Positions 9,907-19,857 of a stretch of 64,000 bases of DNA are shown piece after piece (positions within the stretch are counted from its first letter, which is position 1; each line of letters starts with the position of its first letter). Source of the DNA: Armatimonadota bacterium. GTDB lineage: Bacteria; Armatimonadota; UBA5829; DSUL01. The notes under the pieces were generated by a model, which was not told the origin of the DNA, did no database searches, and was given only the letters and a program-made list of their open reading frames with translations. The position numbers and the translations under genes are program-made. The stretch is taken from the NCBI GenBank assembly GCA_039811685.1, contig JBDHZC010000002.1:160001-224000 (forward strand). Reading direction: 5' to 3'.

Positions 9907-10977
9907 CTAGACAAACTGCTCCTCAGAGTCCTGTGCGCCGTCGCGTGCGATAGTAATCTCGCCTTTCTCCTCCAGCGCCCGAATTGCCAGAGCAATGCGC
10001 TGCTGAGCTGCCTCGACATCCTTAAGCCGGACCGGGCCGCTCATCTCCATGTCCTCCTTAAGACTGCTGGCGGCGCGCTCGGACATGTTGCCAAAAATCT
10101 TCTCTTTGACGGCTTCCTGGCTGCCTCGCAGCGCCAGGCGGAGATCTTCCTGCTCCACTTCCCGCAGAATCGTCTGCACGGCGCGGTCATCAATGAGCAG
10201 AATATCTTCAAAGACGAAAAGCTTGCGCTTGATTTCGTCTGCAAGCGCCGGATCGTCACTGGCGAGGCTGTCCAGAATTGACCTCTCCAGCGCTCTGTCA
10301 CCGGAGTTCAAAATGTCCACCAGCGACTGGACTCCACTCACCTGCCGCATCTGCTCTCCCTGCGACGCACTCGCCCTGTTCTTGAGTGCCTGCTCAATTT
10401 TGGCGAGCACTTCGGGGGACGCGGACTCCATTTTTGCGATGCGCCGCGTCACTTTCTGGCGCAGCTCGGCGTCCAGAGCACCCAGCACCTGGGCCGCACG
10501 ATTTCCCGGAAGCTGCACAGTCACCAGCGCGATAGTCTGCGGTTGCTCGTTCTGCAACCAGCGCGCAAGCTGGAGTGGTTCTACATGCTGGAGCCAGTCC
10601 GAGGGCTCAGACCCGCGGCTGCTGACGATCTTTTCAATCAGGCTCGCCGCCTTCTGTGCACCAAGGGCCTGCTCCAATACCTGCCGCGCGTATTCCACTC
10701 CGCCCTGAGACAGCAGGCTCGTCGTCTGATAAAGACTCTCGAACTCCGCAAAGACCAGGCGCTTGGTCTCCATGTCCACCTTTTCCTGGCGGACAAGCTC
10801 GTTAGCCAGACGTTCTACCTCGTCCTGCTTCAACTTGCTCATGATCTCCCCGGAAGCCTCAGCGCCGAGCGTGATGAGCAGGATAGCGGCCTTCTGCAGA
10901 CCGCTTAAAGTTTTGCGTGGAGGGGCTGGAGGCGCACCCGATTCCTGGCTGAAAAGATTGAACTCTGTTGTTGCCAT
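9907..10977 (-). CDS. fliG: Flagellar motor switch protein FliG
   Basis: GLQKAAILLITLG, GGVEYA, EQPQTIAL, LFVFEDI, NMSERAA...GPVRLKDVEAAQ. Confidence 0.96.
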   Translation of the reverse strand: MATTEFNLFSQESGAPPAPPRKTLSGLQKAAILLITLGAEASGEIMSKLKQDEVERLANELVRQEKVDMETKRLVFAEFESLYQTTSLLSQGGVEYARQVLEQALGAQKAASLIEKIVSSRGSEPSDWLQHVEPLQLARWLQNEQPQTIALVTVQLPGNRAAQVLGALDAELRQKVTRRIAKMESASPEVLAKIEQALKNRASASQGEQMRQVSGVQSLVDILNSGDRALERSILDSLASDDPALADEIKRKLFVFEDILLIDDRAVQTILREVEQEDLRLALRGSQEAVKEKIFGNMSERAASSLKEDMEMSGPVRLKDVEAAQQRIALAIRALEEKGEITIARDGAQDSEEQFV

Positions 10978-12677
10978 CAGGCCGCTCTGTCCTCAGCCAT
11001 CCACGTACGCACGATAGTGGCGACTTCTTCGGGATTCGATTTCGCCAGCTCCTGGGCTTCACCCACGGGGAGACCCTGCCCTTCCGGCGGACGCTTCATG
11101 TGAGGTGGACCATTTTCCTCACTACTAACTGAAGAGTCCGTGGCGAATCCGCCGCCGTCGGTTTCAGGCGCAAAACCTGCGAAAGACGACTCCGCACTGA
11201 CGCCGGATGCGCCTGCCGCCGGAAACTCTCCACCGCCAAAGAGAGCGCCAGCTTCACCGGCGGCCTGAGACTGTGCGGCGCCTCCTGAGATTGTGATGGT
11301 CTGGCGTGAGATGGCCCCTTTCATAAACAGAGCGAATCCGACCAGGAGAATGACCCCGAGAGCGTTTCGTCCGACCCCGAGATAGCCGCCAAGCGAAGCG
11401 GCGATACCCGGACTCGGAGCGGGCTTCTGCTTTGGAAACTCGACGCTCTCGACGACGACTGCTCCATTAGAAGGTGTGATACCGGCAGTCGCAGCGACTG
11501 TCCTGCGTATAGATTCCAGCTTTGCCGCCGGCACATCGCTGTCCACCATCACAGCTACGGAGACGCTCTGCACTTCACCGGGCAGGGACTGGCTTTTACG
11601 CGTGGTCCGGTCAACCATATACTCGCGCTTGTACTGCTGGCGGTTGTAACCGTTGTCCTTTTGAGGTTGAACAGGTTGATTGGTGGCCTGCGTGTTTGGC
11701 TGCGAATTTGATGCAACGCCGGGCGCCCCACCTGCAACCTGAGCCGCTCCCTTGCCGTAGGCTTCACTCGTCGTGTCGTCAACAGAGAGAAATCCGTTGT
11801 CATTGGTAGCGCCGGTGGGCTTGCTGTAGCTCTCGGTGGTCGTCTCTGTGGAGTCAAGTTTGAGCTGGGCATTGACACGCACGACTGCTTTTGGGTTGCC
11901 CTGTGCGTCGCGCCCGACAACAGGCTCCAGCATCGTCTCGACATTTCTCTGAATCTCGTTCTCGATGCCGCGCTTGAGATCAAGCTGGCTGGCGCTGAGA
12001 CGGAAGCTGCTCGCAGACCCACTGCCCTCCGAAAGCAATTTCCCGCGCGTATCCACCACAGTTACGTGCTCCGGCTTCAGGCCTTCAACCGCCGCACTGA
12101 CCAGATTGACGATGCTGGCTACTTTCTCCTGATCAATGTCCCCGGGGGAGCGCAGATTGAGCAGAACGGAAGCCGTCGCGTCCTTTTCTTTGTCCGAGTA
12201 GAGTGTGTCTTCGGGGATGTTGATGTGAACGCGGGCGTCTGACACCTGATCGATAGAGGAGATCGTGCGCTGCAGCTCTCCCTGAAGCGCGCGAATGTAG
12301 TCCATCCTCTGCGTGAAGTCTGTCACACCCAGTGTGCTTCGGTCGAAAATCTCGAAACCGACTGAGCCGCCCTGCGGCAGGCCGTCCCCAGCCAGATTCA
12401 ACCGGACCTCATAGACATCCCGCGATGGAACCTCGACCGCTGTGCCGTTCGCAGATACCCGATAAGGCACCTTGCTGTCTCGCAGCTTCTGCACGATTCC
12501 GGCGGCATCCTCGGGTTTGAGGTTGGCGAAGAGCACAGTGTAGTCCGGCCGGCTGGCAATCATGGCGATCACTACGGCGGCGACTGTAATGCCGGCCGCA
12601 AAGAAAGTAACCATAAACCTCTGCGAAGATGTAAGATTCGCCCAGAGTTCCGGTAGCGCTTTGAGTTTAGATTCCAT
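10977..12677 (-). CDS. fliF: Flagellar M-ring protein FliF
   Basis: GFEIFD, RALQGELQRTI, ARVHI, SAAVEGL, two TM segments, PEEVATIVRTW. Confidence 0.96.
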   Translation of the reverse strand: MESKLKALPELWANLTSSQRFMVTFFAAGITVAAVVIAMIASRPDYTVLFANLKPEDAAGIVQKLRDSKVPYRVSANGTAVEVPSRDVYEVRLNLAGDGLPQGGSVGFEIFDRSTLGVTDFTQRMDYIRALQGELQRTISSIDQVSDARVHINIPEDTLYSDKEKDATASVLLNLRSPGDIDQEKVASIVNLVSAAVEGLKPEHVTVVDTRGKLLSEGSGSASSFRLSASQLDLKRGIENEIQRNVETMLEPVVGRDAQGNPKAVVRVNAQLKLDSTETTTESYSKPTGATNDNGFLSVDDTTSEAYGKGAAQVAGGAPGVASNSQPNTQATNQPVQPQKDNGYNRQQYKREYMVDRTTRKSQSLPGEVQSVSVAVMVDSDVPAAKLESIRRTVAATAGITPSNGAVVVESVEFPKQKPAPSPGIAASLGGYLGVGRNALGVILLVGFALFMKGAISRQTITISGGAAQSQAAGEAGALFGGGEFPAAGASGVSAESSFAGFAPETDGGGFATDSSVSSEENGPPHMKRPPEGQGLPVGEAQELAKSNPEEVATIVRTWMAEDRAA

Positions 12678-12724
12678 ACTATTTTGGGATGAGGCTGCTG
12701 TGGAGGCTGCTTACCGACCGCAGG

Positions 12725-13024
12725 TTACACCTGCATCCGCATAATCTCCTGGTAGGCTTCCAGCACCTTGTTTCGCACCTGGACAGTCAGCTCCAGAGCC
12801 GTACTGGCCTTCTGCATAGCCAGCATGGCATTGTGCAGCTCGCTGAGGTCTCCGGAGGCGACCTTCTGGGCAAGTTGATTGGCCTGATTCTCAAGGCCGG
12901 CCACCTGCTTTGTAGCATCTGTGAGGGCTTCACCAAAGCCGGAGTCAGCGCTACGCTTTGCTCCGGCAGCGCTGGAACCAGAGTCAAGAGAAGCTGATGA
13001 GGGAATAGAAGTCTCAATACGCAT
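12725..13024 (-). CDS. fliE: Flagellar hook-basal body protein FliE
   Basis: QVRNKVLEAYQEIMRMQV C-terminus. Confidence 0.96.
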   Translation of the reverse strand: MRIETSIPSSASLDSGSSAAGAKRSADSGFGEALTDATKQVAGLENQANQLAQKVASGDLSELHNAMLAMQKASTALELTVQVRNKVLEAYQEIMRMQV

Positions 13025-13027
13025 GGA

Positions 13028-13447
13028 TTACCTCCGTCCTATTTCCAGCGCCTTCATCAGCATGGATTTCGTGGAGTTCATGACGGTGACGTTGGCTTCG
13101 TAGGAGCGGGTCGCGCTGATCATGTCCACCATCTCATCCACAACGCTGACGTTTGGCATGGTCACGTATCCGCGCGCATCGGCGTCCGGATGGCCGGGCT
13201 CATAGACCTTCTTCAGTGGCGAGGGGTCGCGCGCAACCTCGGAGACTCTCACGCCCTCGGGGGAGTCTGACAGCAGGGACTGATCCTGAAGTACAGTCTC
13301 GAAAACGACCTCTTTGCGCCGGTAGGGGCCGCCCTGCGACGTGCGCGTGGTGTTGACGTTGGCGATGTTCTCCGCAACCACGTCCAGCCGTTCGCGCTGC
13401 GCAGATAAGCCCATAGCGCTGATATCAAAAGCAGACAGCTTGCTCAT
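13028..13447 (-). CDS. flgC: Flagellar basal body rod protein FlgC
   Basis: ENIANVNTT, PYRRK, YEPGHPDAD, EMVDMISATRSYEAN. Confidence 0.97.
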   Translation of the reverse strand: MSKLSAFDISAMGLSAQRERLDVVAENIANVNTTRTSQGGPYRRKEVVFETVLQDQSLLSDSPEGVRVSEVARDPSPLKKVYEPGHPDADARGYVTMPNVSVVDEMVDMISATRSYEANVTVMNSTKSMLMKALEIGRR

Positions 13448-13450
13448 GGC

Positions 13451-13834
13451 TTACCTTGTCCCTCCACTGATTACGGTGGTCAGCATACCACTTTTCAACC
13501 GGGTGAACTCAACCAGCGCGTTGTACTCGATAGAGTTGCGGGCAAGATCGGCCATCTCCCGGTCAATGTTGACGTTGTTGCCGTCCATTCGGGTGGAAGG
13601 CGTATCGTCTGTCTCCACAGAAGCCTTCAGACGCCTGGCCTGTTCAACATCGTTGACGGTTCCGTCCCGAAGCATATCCTTGAGGGTATCCTCAAAGTTG
13701 ACGACACTGCGTCTGAAGCCGGGGGTATCCGCATTGGCCACGTTGTTGGCGATCGTGCGGTTGCGCTCGGCGCAGGCATCCATTGTGGATGCAAGTACGG
13801 CGCGAGTGGGGTCGTCAAAAATTCCCAACACCAT
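13451..13834 (-). CDS. flgB: Flagellar basal body rod protein FlgB
   Basis: IANNVANADTPGF, DGNNVNIDREM; RBS GAAGAGG before ATG at 13834. Confidence 0.96.
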   Translation of the reverse strand: MVLGIFDDPTRAVLASTMDACAERNRTIANNVANADTPGFRRSVVNFEDTLKDMLRDGTVNDVEQARRLKASVETDDTPSTRMDGNNVNIDREMADLARNSIEYNALVEFTRLKSGMLTTVISGGTR

Positions 13835-13960
13835 AGCGTACCTCTTCATTCGCTAGAGCCTGGCAGGGGTTGTCATCTGCCGGCTTGCAGCTCAGCCAGC
13901 GCCACCAGCGGATTGTCCCCGCCGTTTGACGCTTGCGCGACCTTCGAGAGATTGCGCATT

Positions 13961-13988
13961 ACCATATCAGCCGCTTCCGTGCGAACAA
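13961..13988 (-). promoter_or_regulatory. Putative sigma70 promoter of the flgB operon
   Basis: TTGTTC-N16-TATGGT with extended -10 TG; the same TATGGT -10 is seen before cdsA. Confidence 0.45.
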
Positions 13989-14134
13989 GAGCTGTTGCCA
14001 GTTGGGCCGCGCGCCATCCCTGACGCACAGGCACTCACGAGACCACTCCTCATGAGTGACCTCGCGACACTCCTATCTTTGGCAGCGCCTGGTACTTTTT
14101 TCAGGTATGGAGAAGAGAATTTTTGCTCAAGGGG

Positions 14135-14163
14135 CTAAAGGTTTTTGCGATTTGTGTCGAAGA
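14135..14163 (+). promoter_or_regulatory. Sigma28 (FliA/SigD)-like promoter, divergent from flgB
   Basis: CTAAAG-N15-GTCGAAGA, resembling TAAA-N15/16-GCCGATAA. Confidence 0.45.
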
Positions 14164-14178
14164 GGGCGCGGCGAAGGC

Positions 14179-15264
14179 TCACACCCTGCGCCGCATGGTC
14201 CGGGCCAGAGCCGCTAACGACAGCCCTACGCCGGTCATAACAATGGACACGGGCTCCGGAGTGGGAGTCAGGAGATAGTAATTTCCTTGCGGACTAGAGG
14301 CCACAAGCTGCCCTGCATTGTTGTAGGCAACTATCTCCCGTATGGGAGAACCGATGCCTTCGGTTATCAGTGAGGTAACGTCGCTCCAGCTACCGTTGTC
14401 CAGAATCCGGACGGAGCCGCCCGTCTGACCGTACTGCGCCCACACAACGGAACCAAATCCATTCATCAGCACGCGCCCCGCACTGTCGGAGATAGGCCGC
14501 GGCAGTTCGCCGATCACTTCCAACGCCCCAGCGCGCCACAGACCATATCCCGACCCGCTCACTGTCTGCCACTGAAGTAACACGCCTCCTGTATCGTCCA
14601 GCCCGAGCGGGTTGCAGGCAAATCCGACACCGGGGTTGCCAAGATCGGTTACGTGGCCGTTTGTCCAGAGAAAAGCGTGCTGTTGCGGGGAATCCGGGCT
14701 TCGCATGACACCAGCTACCTGCCCGGAGGAGTTCACGAGCCGGGCAGTGCTTGTTCCGTCAATGGAAGCTCCTATATCCACAACGCCATCTGGAGTCCAT
14801 GCTATGGCGCGGCTGAGTCCCGAAACAGTCGTGGACCCGACAATCATTGCGCAGTTGTTGATGCCGTACGCATGCGGCCAGCCTTCGGGGACGCTTAGAA
14901 GGGTGAGCCGACCGCTGTCCCACCTGAACGCTGACAGGTCTCCGGCCACAACGTTGCCGACAATCTGATTGCTGTCGTTCAACGCCTCCGGAAAAACCGT
15001 CCGCTGATCCTTCGGAAACTGGATGTCGCGAGCGACGCCGTCCTGCCACAAGAACGCGCGAAAGAGGTTTGCGTTTGGTGACCGCTGGACGCCAAGAACA
15101 GCGCCGTTGTTGTTCAACGCCGCGATCGAGCAGACATGGCCGAACTCCGGCACTATCTGAAGCGCACTGTAGCCCGTCGTTTCGCCCCTGCTCGGAGAGG
15201 AGTACAGTGCTTCAGCAATTCCAAGAATGGCAACAGCGATGAGCGCTGCTTGTCTTGTACCCAT
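14179..15264 (-). CDS. PEP-CTERM sorting-domain protein with HAF extracellular repeats
   Basis: Signal peptide, repeated (H/R)AFLW..G..DLG..A.GIN..GQIVG motifs, C-terminal TPEP-hydrophobic-RRR. Confidence 0.9.
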   Translation of the reverse strand: MGTRQAALIAVAILGIAEALYSSPSRGETTGYSALQIVPEFGHVCSIAALNNNGAVLGVQRSPNANLFRAFLWQDGVARDIQFPKDQRTVFPEALNDSNQIVGNVVAGDLSAFRWDSGRLTLLSVPEGWPHAYGINNCAMIVGSTTVSGLSRAIAWTPDGVVDIGASIDGTSTARLVNSSGQVAGVMRSPDSPQQHAFLWTNGHVTDLGNPGVGFACNPLGLDDTGGVLLQWQTVSGSGYGLWRAGALEVIGELPRPISDSAGRVLMNGFGSVVWAQYGQTGGSVRILDNGSWSDVTSLITEGIGSPIREIVAYNNAGQLVASSPQGNYYLLTPTPEPVSIVMTGVGLSLAALARTMRRRV

Positions 15265-15433
15265 GGCTGGACTCCCGCGCGGATCCCAACTTCATTGTAG
15301 CACATCACTCGACTTAATACAGCGCCTTCGAAATAAGTCGCAGGAACGCTTGAGCACGCGGCGGGTGATGTGAGGGCGCTGCCTCATGCTACAATGCCAG
15401 CGAAAGCAGAATACTACAGGAGGTATCCACGGC

Positions 15434-16535
15434 GTGCTAATTACGGACGCCCCCCGCGAGATCAAAGAGCTGCGAATACGGCTCGAACAGATCGCGGACC
15501 ATCTTTGACGTCGAAAGCAAAGCTAACCGCATTCGAGAACTGGAGCAGATAAGCGCCCAGCCCGGATTTTGGGACAACCCGGATGAAGCCCAGAGTCTCA
15601 TGACTGAAATGTCCAGGCTCAAAGGCGTTGTTGATCCCTATGGGGATATTCGCCAGCGCATTGACGATCTGGAAGTGATGTCGGAACTGGTAGCGGAGTC
15701 GGATGAGGAGTCTGACCAGATAAGCCTACAGACCGAGTACCAGGCGTGCGTTGAAGCGCTCGAAGCCTTTGAGATGCAGACGTTTCTCTCGGGGCCGCAT
15801 GACGAATCTAACGCCATTGTGGAAATCAACTCAGGCGCGGGCGGGACAGAAAGCTGCGACTGGGCGGCGATGCTCTTGCGGATGTATCTGCGATGGGCGG
15901 AGCGTCGCGGCTTCCAGACGGAGATTCTGAGTGAGGTTGAGGGTGAAGTCGCGGGTATCAAGAACGCAACTTTCCTGGTAAAAGGGCCGCTGGCGTACGG
16001 ATATCTGAAGGTTGAGCGCGGTGTTCACCGGCTCGTGCGCATCTCTCCGTTTGACTCAAACGCCCGGAGGCACACCTCCTTTGCTTCAGTGGATGTGGTG
16101 CCGGAGATTACCGATGGGCCGGAGATTCAGATCAACCCGGACGATTTGCGCGTTGACACCTACAGGTCCAGCGGCGCTGGCGGACAGCACGTCAACAAGA
16201 CAGACTCAGCTGTGCGCATCACGCACATTCCGACGGGAATCGTTGTTAGCTGTCAAAATGAGCGAAGTCAGCACCAGAACCGCGAAGTGGCTATGCGTAT
16301 TCTTGCGTCTAAACTGTGGGAGGTGCAGAGGCAGGAAGAGGAGGCTCGTCTGGCGGAGTTGCGCGGTGAGCAGCGAAAAATCGAGTGGGGCAATCAAATA
16401 CGCTCCTACGTTTTCCAACCGTATCAAATGGTCAAGGACCTGCGAACGGACTTCGAAACCAGCGACGTTCAGGGAGTTATGGACGGCGAACTGGACGCTA
16501 TGATCGAAAGAGGATTGCGCGCGGGCATCCACTGA
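15434..16535 (+). CDS. prfB: Peptide chain release factor 2 with programmed +1 frameshift
   Basis: RBS AGGAGG then GTG 15434, 24 codons to CTT TGA C (15503-15509), +1 frame continues DVESK...FWDNPDEAQ into the ORF with SPF and GGQ motifs. Confidence 0.96.
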
Positions 16536-16566
16536 AGTGTCAGACGCCTGCGCAAGAGGCATCAAC

Positions 16567-17226
16567 ATGAGGCTCTATAAAAAGTGCGTGGCTGTTGGGG
16601 TTGTGTTAAGCCTGGCTGCCGTGTGCCTGGGAGTTGCCCACGAGGCGCAGGGCGCTGACGATACCGTCTCTGGAAAGGGCTCCACGAGCGCAGAAACGGG
16701 ACTTGGCAATCTCGTTGCTGACGCTGTGCGTCAACTGGCCGATTGTCCGGTGGCGCTGCTTCCCGGCAGCAGTCTGCGGGAGTCCAACATCAAGCTCTCG
16801 GATCTGAATGCGCAGAGCGTCGCCGCGGCGCTAGTGGACCCGGACCAGCCTGTCGCGATCGTCTCTCTGACGGGAGCACAGCTGCGGGACGCTCTGGAGC
16901 GCTCCGTCTCTCTGGCTCCAAAGCCCAACACCGGCTTCTTACAGATTTCTGGAATCAGCTTCGGCTACAGCTTGAGCGCACCAGCCGGGAAGCGCGTCGC
17001 GGACATCCTCCTCGGGCGCAAGGCTGTGAAGGCTGGTGACGACATTCGCGTAGCGATGCCCTCAGAGTTGGCCAAGGGTGGATTTGGCTATTTTCGCGTC
17101 TGGGGCAATCTCAAGGCCGTCAACCCCAGTCCCGGAACTGTGGAAGATGCGATTGGCGCTTTTCTTGCTTCCAAACCGGACGCGGCGACTTTTCTTACCG
17201 GCGGGCGGATTCGCAGGCTCCCGTGA
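16567..17226 (+). CDS. Secreted 5'-nucleotidase C-terminal-domain protein
   Basis: ETGLGNLVADA, LTGAQLRDALE, FLQISGISF, GKRV; signal peptide; no metallophosphoesterase domain. Confidence 0.8.
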   Translation: MRLYKKCVAVGVVLSLAAVCLGVAHEAQGADDTVSGKGSTSAETGLGNLVADAVRQLADCPVALLPGSSLRESNIKLSDLNAQSVAAALVDPDQPVAIVSLTGAQLRDALERSVSLAPKPNTGFLQISGISFGYSLSAPAGKRVADILLGRKAVKAGDDIRVAMPSELAKGGFGYFRVWGNLKAVNPSPGTVEDAIGAFLASKPDAATFLTGGRIRRLP

Positions 17227-17262
17227 CAACGTTTCTGACTGCATTTGACAGGCGCGGTGAGA

Positions 17263-18213
17263 ATGGGTTGTAGGGGCGCCTGGAAGCCGTTCCTGCTGCT
17301 CGTCGCGCTGAGCATTCTGCCAGTCGGTTGCGGCGGCAAGGTTCGGCCCGCTGCTTCGGCGCCGTCACCGACTTTTGAGTACAGCTTTGACGGGCAGCGG
17401 GCGCTTCAAGACATCAAGACGCAGTGCGCCTTCGGGCCGCGTGTCCCCGGACAACCCGGCCATGGGCAGTGCGCGAAGTGGATTCAGTCGCAGCTCCAGA
17501 AGACCGCCGATGAGGTGACGCTGCAGCGCTTTGAGCAGACGCTCGGCGGCAAGAGTGTCAACTTCACAAACATCATTGCGGTTTATGGAAGGCAGACTCC
17601 GCGCTCGTTGGCGCTGTGTGCTCACTGGGATACCCGGCCCTTTGCCGATCAGGAACTGGATGCGGACAAAGCCGCCAAACCCATACCCGGCGCAAACGAT
17701 GGCGCCTCTGGCGTTGCCGTCTTACTGGAGATGGGCCGGCTGTTCAAGCAGAAGCCGCCGCCGGACGGCGTGGTGATGGTGTTTTTCGACGGAGAGGACT
17801 ACGGAAAAACGTCTGCGGAGATGTTCATTGGTTCGCGCTATTTCGCAAAGCGCTGGAAGAGTGTCCTGCCGGTCAAACCCTGGCGTGGAATCCTGCTGGA
17901 TATGGTCGGCGCAGCCGACATCCGCATACCGCGAGAAGCCATGTCAGACTCGGCGGCTCCAGAGTTACTGGATGCTATCTATCAGCGCGCTCGGGACGCA
18001 AATCTGTCTCACGTCTTTCCGGACGAAGCTGGAAAACCGATTAATGACGATCACATCCCGTTGATTGAAGCTGGGATTCCCACTGTAGATCTCATCAGCT
18101 TTGAGTATGCATGGTGGCACACTCTGGAAGACACGCCGGACAAATGCAGTGCGTCGTCACTGAAAGCGGTGGGGGAGGTCGTTGCCCGGACCGTGTACGA
18201 CTCTCCGCGCTGA
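17263..18213 (+). CDS. M28 family peptidase / glutaminyl cyclase-like lipoprotein
   Basis: Lipobox LPVGC; AHWDTR, GANDGASG, FDGEDYG, DDHIP, WHTLEDT. Confidence 0.9.
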   Translation: MGCRGAWKPFLLLVALSILPVGCGGKVRPAASAPSPTFEYSFDGQRALQDIKTQCAFGPRVPGQPGHGQCAKWIQSQLQKTADEVTLQRFEQTLGGKSVNFTNIIAVYGRQTPRSLALCAHWDTRPFADQELDADKAAKPIPGANDGASGVAVLLEMGRLFKQKPPPDGVVMVFFDGEDYGKTSAEMFIGSRYFAKRWKSVLPVKPWRGILLDMVGAADIRIPREAMSDSAAPELLDAIYQRARDANLSHVFPDEAGKPINDDHIPLIEAGIPTVDLISFEYAWWHTLEDTPDKCSASSLKAVGEVVARTVYDSPR

Positions 18214-18233
18214 ACCAGACGAGAAGCGGAGCT

Positions 18234-18770
18234 TCAGCGCTCCTGCAAGTTCAGGCGAGCGGTAAAGAGCAGTGCGGCGACGGTCTTTACGTCGTGAATC
18301 TGGCCAGCAAGAGCCATCTCCAGCGCGCGCTCAAACGGCATCATCTCCACGCGTACATCCTCGTCCTCATCCTGCTGGCCCTGAGCGCTTCGCAGGTCCC
18401 GCGCCAGAAAGAAATGCATGCCCTCTGTGGAGTAACCTGGCGCAAGATAGGAGAAGAACATTCTCTCCAGAGAGCCCGCGGCCAGGTTCGTCTCCTCGGT
18501 CAACTCACGCGCCGCGCAGTCGCGAGGGTCCTCACCCTTGTTCAAGGTACCGGCTGGAATCTCAAGAAGCTCTGCTTCCACAGGCGCTCTGTACTGGCGG
18601 ACAAGCACGATTTGCGCGTCATCAGTAAGCGCGACAATACCGACAGCGCCGTTGTGCTCAATAATCTCCCGCTGAAACGCGCGGCCATCCGGCAGGCGCA
18701 CGCGGTCCAGCCGAAGGCTAATTACCCTGCCGTCATATATTCGCTCAGACTCTGGACTGCTGCAGATCAC
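18234..18770 (-). CDS. nudF: NUDIX hydrolase (ADP-ribose pyrophosphatase-like)
   Basis: VRQYR, EIPAG...AARELTEET Nudix box. Confidence 0.88.
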   Translation of the reverse strand: MICSSPESERIYDGRVISLRLDRVRLPDGRAFQREIIEHNGAVGIVALTDDAQIVLVRQYRAPVEAELLEIPAGTLNKGEDPRDCAARELTEETNLAAGSLERMFFSYLAPGYSTEGMHFFLARDLRSAQGQQDEDEDVRVEMMPFERALEMALAGQIHDVKTVAALLFTARLNLQER

Positions 18771-18772
18771 CT

Positions 18773-19855
18773 CTACCCCCAGAACGTTTCCTTGAGCATC
18801 TCAGAAGCGCACCGGCCTGCAGCCGCAGCCGCCTGGAAGAACACGGGGTCCTCCGCGTAGCCGCGGCCCATACTGTTCATAGGCACACTGTGGGATTGCA
18901 GCAGCGCAATCCCCTCTGATCCATCAAAGCTGCGAATCTCGTGCTTTTCAAACAGTTTCAGTGCTGCCAGTTGTTTGTGAGCTTCCTCCCGGAGAGCATC
19001 TTCAAGCAATGGGAGCGCGACTATGGACGCGCTCAGAGCGACTTTCGAGAGCACAGTCAGCGTGTGGTGACTGATAAGGCAGTGGCGAGCTCTGGGGTCC
19101 GCTTCGCTCATCCGCACGCACATAATCGCACGGCCGCCAAGCGATCCGGAAGCATTGATGGCTCCACCGGCTTCAAGACCGGAAAAACCAAGCGCTGTGC
19201 CTGTTCCGACGTTGCCAGGCCCCTGGCAGACAATGGCAATATCTGCGCTCAGTCTGTGACGCGCAGCCGCAAGGGCGCTGTAAACATTGACAGCTTCACA
19301 CATGCCTCCAAAGGCCTGACCGCAGGTGACCGTCGCGTCCAGAAGCTGTTCCCTCAGCAGCGTGCGGACGAGGTTGGAAATGCCAATGGGCAGGGCAGCC
19401 CCGTCAGTCATAATGTAGGCAACGCGCGCATCGGGTGTACGTGCTTTTATAGCAGCAGCCACCGGAGCAATGTGGCTGTGGAGTTGCGCCGCCACTACCG
19501 GCATTCCGCCGAGGTCTGGGAGAGTCTCTGCATCATCCGATGACTGCTCTTCCTCAGTGAGGACAGAGTGCTGCATGGGCGTGTAGCGCAGTTTCACAAT
19601 GTGCCCTGCCCCTGCTGAAGATACGCTATTTGGCCGGGAGAGATTAGCGACGACAAAGTCATAGCCGCCTGTCCCCAGTCTCAGGGCGGCGGCAGTGGTA
19701 TTGATCAGGACTTCATCGCCCTCCCGGACTTCTCCACACAGCGAGCGGTACGCTATGGTGGAGCGCACTTCGCCCTCCACGTTCACATCCAGAAGGGTCG
19801 TCTCAGCGTCCAGAGTCTGCAGGCGCTGCACTGTCCCGACCTTGGTCTGAAGCAT
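18773..19855 (-). CDS. DUF3866 family protein
   Basis: NTTA..LRLGTGG, GHIVKLRYTPMQ, LHSH, YIMTDGAALP, GQAFGG, GPGNVGTGT..GFSG. Confidence 0.85.
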   Translation of the reverse strand: MLQTKVGTVQRLQTLDAETTLLDVNVEGEVRSTIAYRSLCGEVREGDEVLINTTAAALRLGTGGYDFVVANLSRPNSVSSAGAGHIVKLRYTPMQHSVLTEEEQSSDDAETLPDLGGMPVVAAQLHSHIAPVAAAIKARTPDARVAYIMTDGAALPIGISNLVRTLLREQLLDATVTCGQAFGGMCEAVNVYSALAAARHRLSADIAIVCQGPGNVGTGTALGFSGLEAGGAINASGSLGGRAIMCVRMSEADPRARHCLISHHTLTVLSKVALSASIVALPLLEDALREEAHKQLAALKLFEKHEIRSFDGSEGIALLQSHSVPMNSMGRGYAEDPVFFQAAAAAGRCASEMLKETFWG

Positions 19856-19857
19856 CG

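Noticed and set aside
13850..13960. c-di-GMP-I/II riboswitch before flgB
   Set aside because: GGCAAAC..GAAA..GACGCAAAGC and class II kink-turn/pseudoknot consensus are not present. Kept only as an unknown structured leader.
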